From an uncultured Nitrospiraceae bacterium (GTDB lineage Bacteria; Nitrospirota; Nitrospiria; Nitrospirales; Nitrospiraceae), in the NCBI GenBank assembly GCA_963706325.1, contig CAVPLT010000003.1, positions 1 to 64,000 of the forward strand: DNA of 64,000 nucleotides, in the 5' to 3' direction. Positions 62,152-64,000 of this stretch are shown here, in pieces. Position 1 is the stretch's first letter; the number at the start of each line of letters is the position of its first letter. Below the pieces are notes generated by a model, which saw only the letters and a program-made list of their open reading frames with translations, did not search any database and was not told where the DNA came from. A program made the position numbers and the translations under genes.

Positions 62152-62895
62152 CTAGCGGAGATCGAAGTCTAGTGATCCAGAGACGACTTGCATCCTCTTT
62201 TCCATCGTAAGCCTGCTGTGCCGCAATTTCTCTGTAGGCTTTTGCCCGAGGGAGCTCACGACTAATAAGATGCGCTGTAGCAACCGATCCAGAATCATCC
62301 CCTGCTTCATCTGTACAAGACCGATACCTTGGAGTGCTATATCTTTCCGGAATGGAGCTTGGATGTGCTGCGCCATTTCAATGGCATGAGTGATGTTTCC
62401 AGATTCAGCTTCTGTGAGAGCGATACGCATTAAGATTGTACTTCGATTGACTTCTGTCGGAATGAGGTGAGCCGTGTTAAGAGCGCCTTGGCGGTCACCG
62501 GCAGCCAGTTGTGCCAACGCAATCGATACCATGGCTGCCGCGCGATCGGTTCCGTCGTCGATTTTGTCGACTGTTTGAAAGGCCGCCTTAATATGATGTG
62601 ATTTCGCCTGTACTTCCGCGATCTCGACCAGTATGAGGTTCCTATCATCACGTTTCTTCATTGCTAACACAATGTCCAGCGCATTTTTTGGATTGTTGGT
62701 TTTTGCCTCGGCGACAGCAATGTCTCGCAGCGTATTCACTCGCAAATATTCGTTCCCAATCTCGTCGGCTTCTTGTTCGGCTTCCCTCAGTAGGTTCCCA
62801 GCAATGTCCTGGTCTGCCCTCAGAATTGTACTGGGAACCGATACAAGTACGATGATAGAGAGCGTCAAAAGTGCAACTTTGTTGGCATTGTGCAT
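62152..62895 (-). CDS. Exported alpha-helical repeat (TPR-like) protein, probably truncated
   Basis: Signal peptide; ~32-aa repeats of IA.AQA..G....A...A..I; C-terminus loses the pattern. Confidence 0.6.
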   Translation of the reverse strand: MHNANKVALLTLSIIVLVSVPSTILRADQDIAGNLLREAEQEADEIGNEYLRVNTLRDIAVAEAKTNNPKNALDIVLAMKKRDDRNLILVEIAEVQAKSHHIKAAFQTVDKIDDGTDRAAAMVSIALAQLAAGDRQGALNTAHLIPTEVNRSTILMRIALTEAESGNITHAIEMAQHIQAPFRKDIALQGIGLVQMKQGMILDRLLQRILLVVSSLGQKPTEKLRHSRLTMEKRMQVVSGSLDFDLR

Positions 62896-63011
62896 TTCCG
62901 GCCTCTCGTTCTAGCGTGTCGTTCCGGATCGATCATGCATGACATACACTGGCTTTTGTATCGCAGAATCCGTTCTGTGGCTGAGAATATATCCCAGCCC
63001 AGGAGGGGCAT

Positions 63012-63470
63012 CATTCTAAGGCGAGTCTGTGATGGGAATCGACCTGAGCATTATGTAGGTCATTCGTGCTCCCATGGAACTAGTAAATGGCGATAACATG
63101 CATAGTAAAGTTACTAGGACAGGATGTCGGAGTAGCGTTAGTGGAGGCCTCTAGCGTATATGGCTCCAGTCAATTCTGATCCGCACCGAGCAATTGAAGA
63201 ACAGATATTTCCCAGAAGTGAGGTTCGAAATCGAAGCCACGCTAGGGGGGATCACCACAGGATTTGTTGAATCAAGACTTTTATGTTAGTTACCGCCTGA
63301 AGGGATGCAGCAACCCTGCAGCTTGTTTCTAGATTCAAACGAGCATCAATGCGGTCTTTCTTAAAGCACTCTATCGTTTTCACATTATTCCTGCTCTCGT
63401 TCTTTGCAGGTTCGTGTTGGGCAAGTGATACGGAGACAAATAGGGAGACTGAGGTAGTAAATGCAGGTGT
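63012..63470 (+). pseudogene. Duplication A': leader and first ~40 codons of a paralogue of 51163..52113
   Basis: MRSFLKHSIVFTLFLLSFFAGSCWASDTETNRETEVVNAG versus MPFSLKNSF...SCWAGDTELYNEIDVTNGG, then divergence. Confidence 0.7.
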
Positions 63471-63636
63471 GATTGTGTCACCACGCTTGGCGTCACGCAT
63501 CCATCTGCCTGATCTCTCGCATTTGGCCCTAGATCGTGGTCAGCTTTTACTGATTCCATTAAAGGGTATTGATCCGTAACCCCTGACCCGTCTCAACCGA
63601 CGGCCCAACATTTGTTCCTGTTTATGCGTGACCCGA

Positions 63637-63884
63637 TGGTGATTGCTCAGAGCAGAAAGCTTCTTCTTGCACTTGCGGTGCTCGGTTTTTTGCGCTGCGC
63701 TCCAGAGGTTCAGTACACAAAACAAGGGGCAACGCAGGAGGAGCTTGACTGGGACCGGTATGAATGTATTTCTCCTCGGGGAGCAAGAATGGATCGTCCC
63801 ATGCCCGATTCCAATCAACTCGATCGGTGCTTAGCGGCCAAAGGATGGCGGAGAGCCAGTACCAATTCTCGGTCAGCGCACTGA
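63637..63884 (+). CDS. Small lipoprotein-like protein
   Basis: Hydrophobic leader plus Cys; KQGATQEELDWDRYEC...CLAAKGW. Confidence 0.65.
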
Positions 63885-63907
63885 TGGGCCGAAAGAGAAA
63901 GGTGACA

Positions 63908-64000
63908 TGGGAGATTTAAGCCCAAGCACTCAAGCAGTCCTGGGCCCCGTGATCGTTCTTGCCGTGGTCGTTGTGATCATCTTCGTGGTGCTGAAAGTCA
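63908..64000 (+). CDS. Small membrane protein, runs off the window
   Basis: AAAGGTG then ATG; MGDLSPSTQAVLGPVIVLAVVVVIIFVVLKV. Confidence 0.4.

Noticed and set aside
1..64000. Intact prophage, conjugative element, or comammox markers (amo/hao)
   Set aside because: No structural, replication, relaxase or T4SS genes, no full-length integrase and no amo/hao seen; comammox status cannot be judged from this window

Overview
Accessory-rich window from a Nitrospira-like nitrite oxidiser; the assignment rests on a Nitrospira-type periplasmic nxrAB pair at 54.5-59.3 kb. All family calls come from reading motifs, not from database searches. (1) 1-5.4 kb: a GAF sigma-54 activator surrounded by three -24/-12 promoters. 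(2) 5.4-15 kb: a co-directional signalling cluster (REC, GAF kinase, class II cNMP phosphodiesterase, FadL-like channel, membrane kinase-REC-adenylate cyclase hybrid, decayed Crp). This is my best candidate for an undescribed system. (3) 15-39 kb: a decayed tandem array of integrative elements. Four copies of the 3' half of tRNA-Thr(CGT) each follow a broken tyrosine integrase. Cargo includes an Abi/HEPN protein, an FMP-type haem protein, a PEP-CTERM protein, Crp, a GAF kinase, small stress proteins and a YqcI/YcgG (GntA/DcsA-like) plus DUF1989 pair. (4) 39-52 kb: MASE1 kinase, REC, VOC, TPR protein, a DUF1264/cytochrome c/beta-barrel cassette and a cupredoxin-like protein. (5) 52-64 kb: nxrAB plus a DUF5985 trio bracketed by diverged ~530-bp direct repeats, next to a NarX/NarL-type two-component pair. 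Pseudogene fragments are abundant. I saw no intact tRNA, rRNA, CRISPR array, nxrC, amo or hao.
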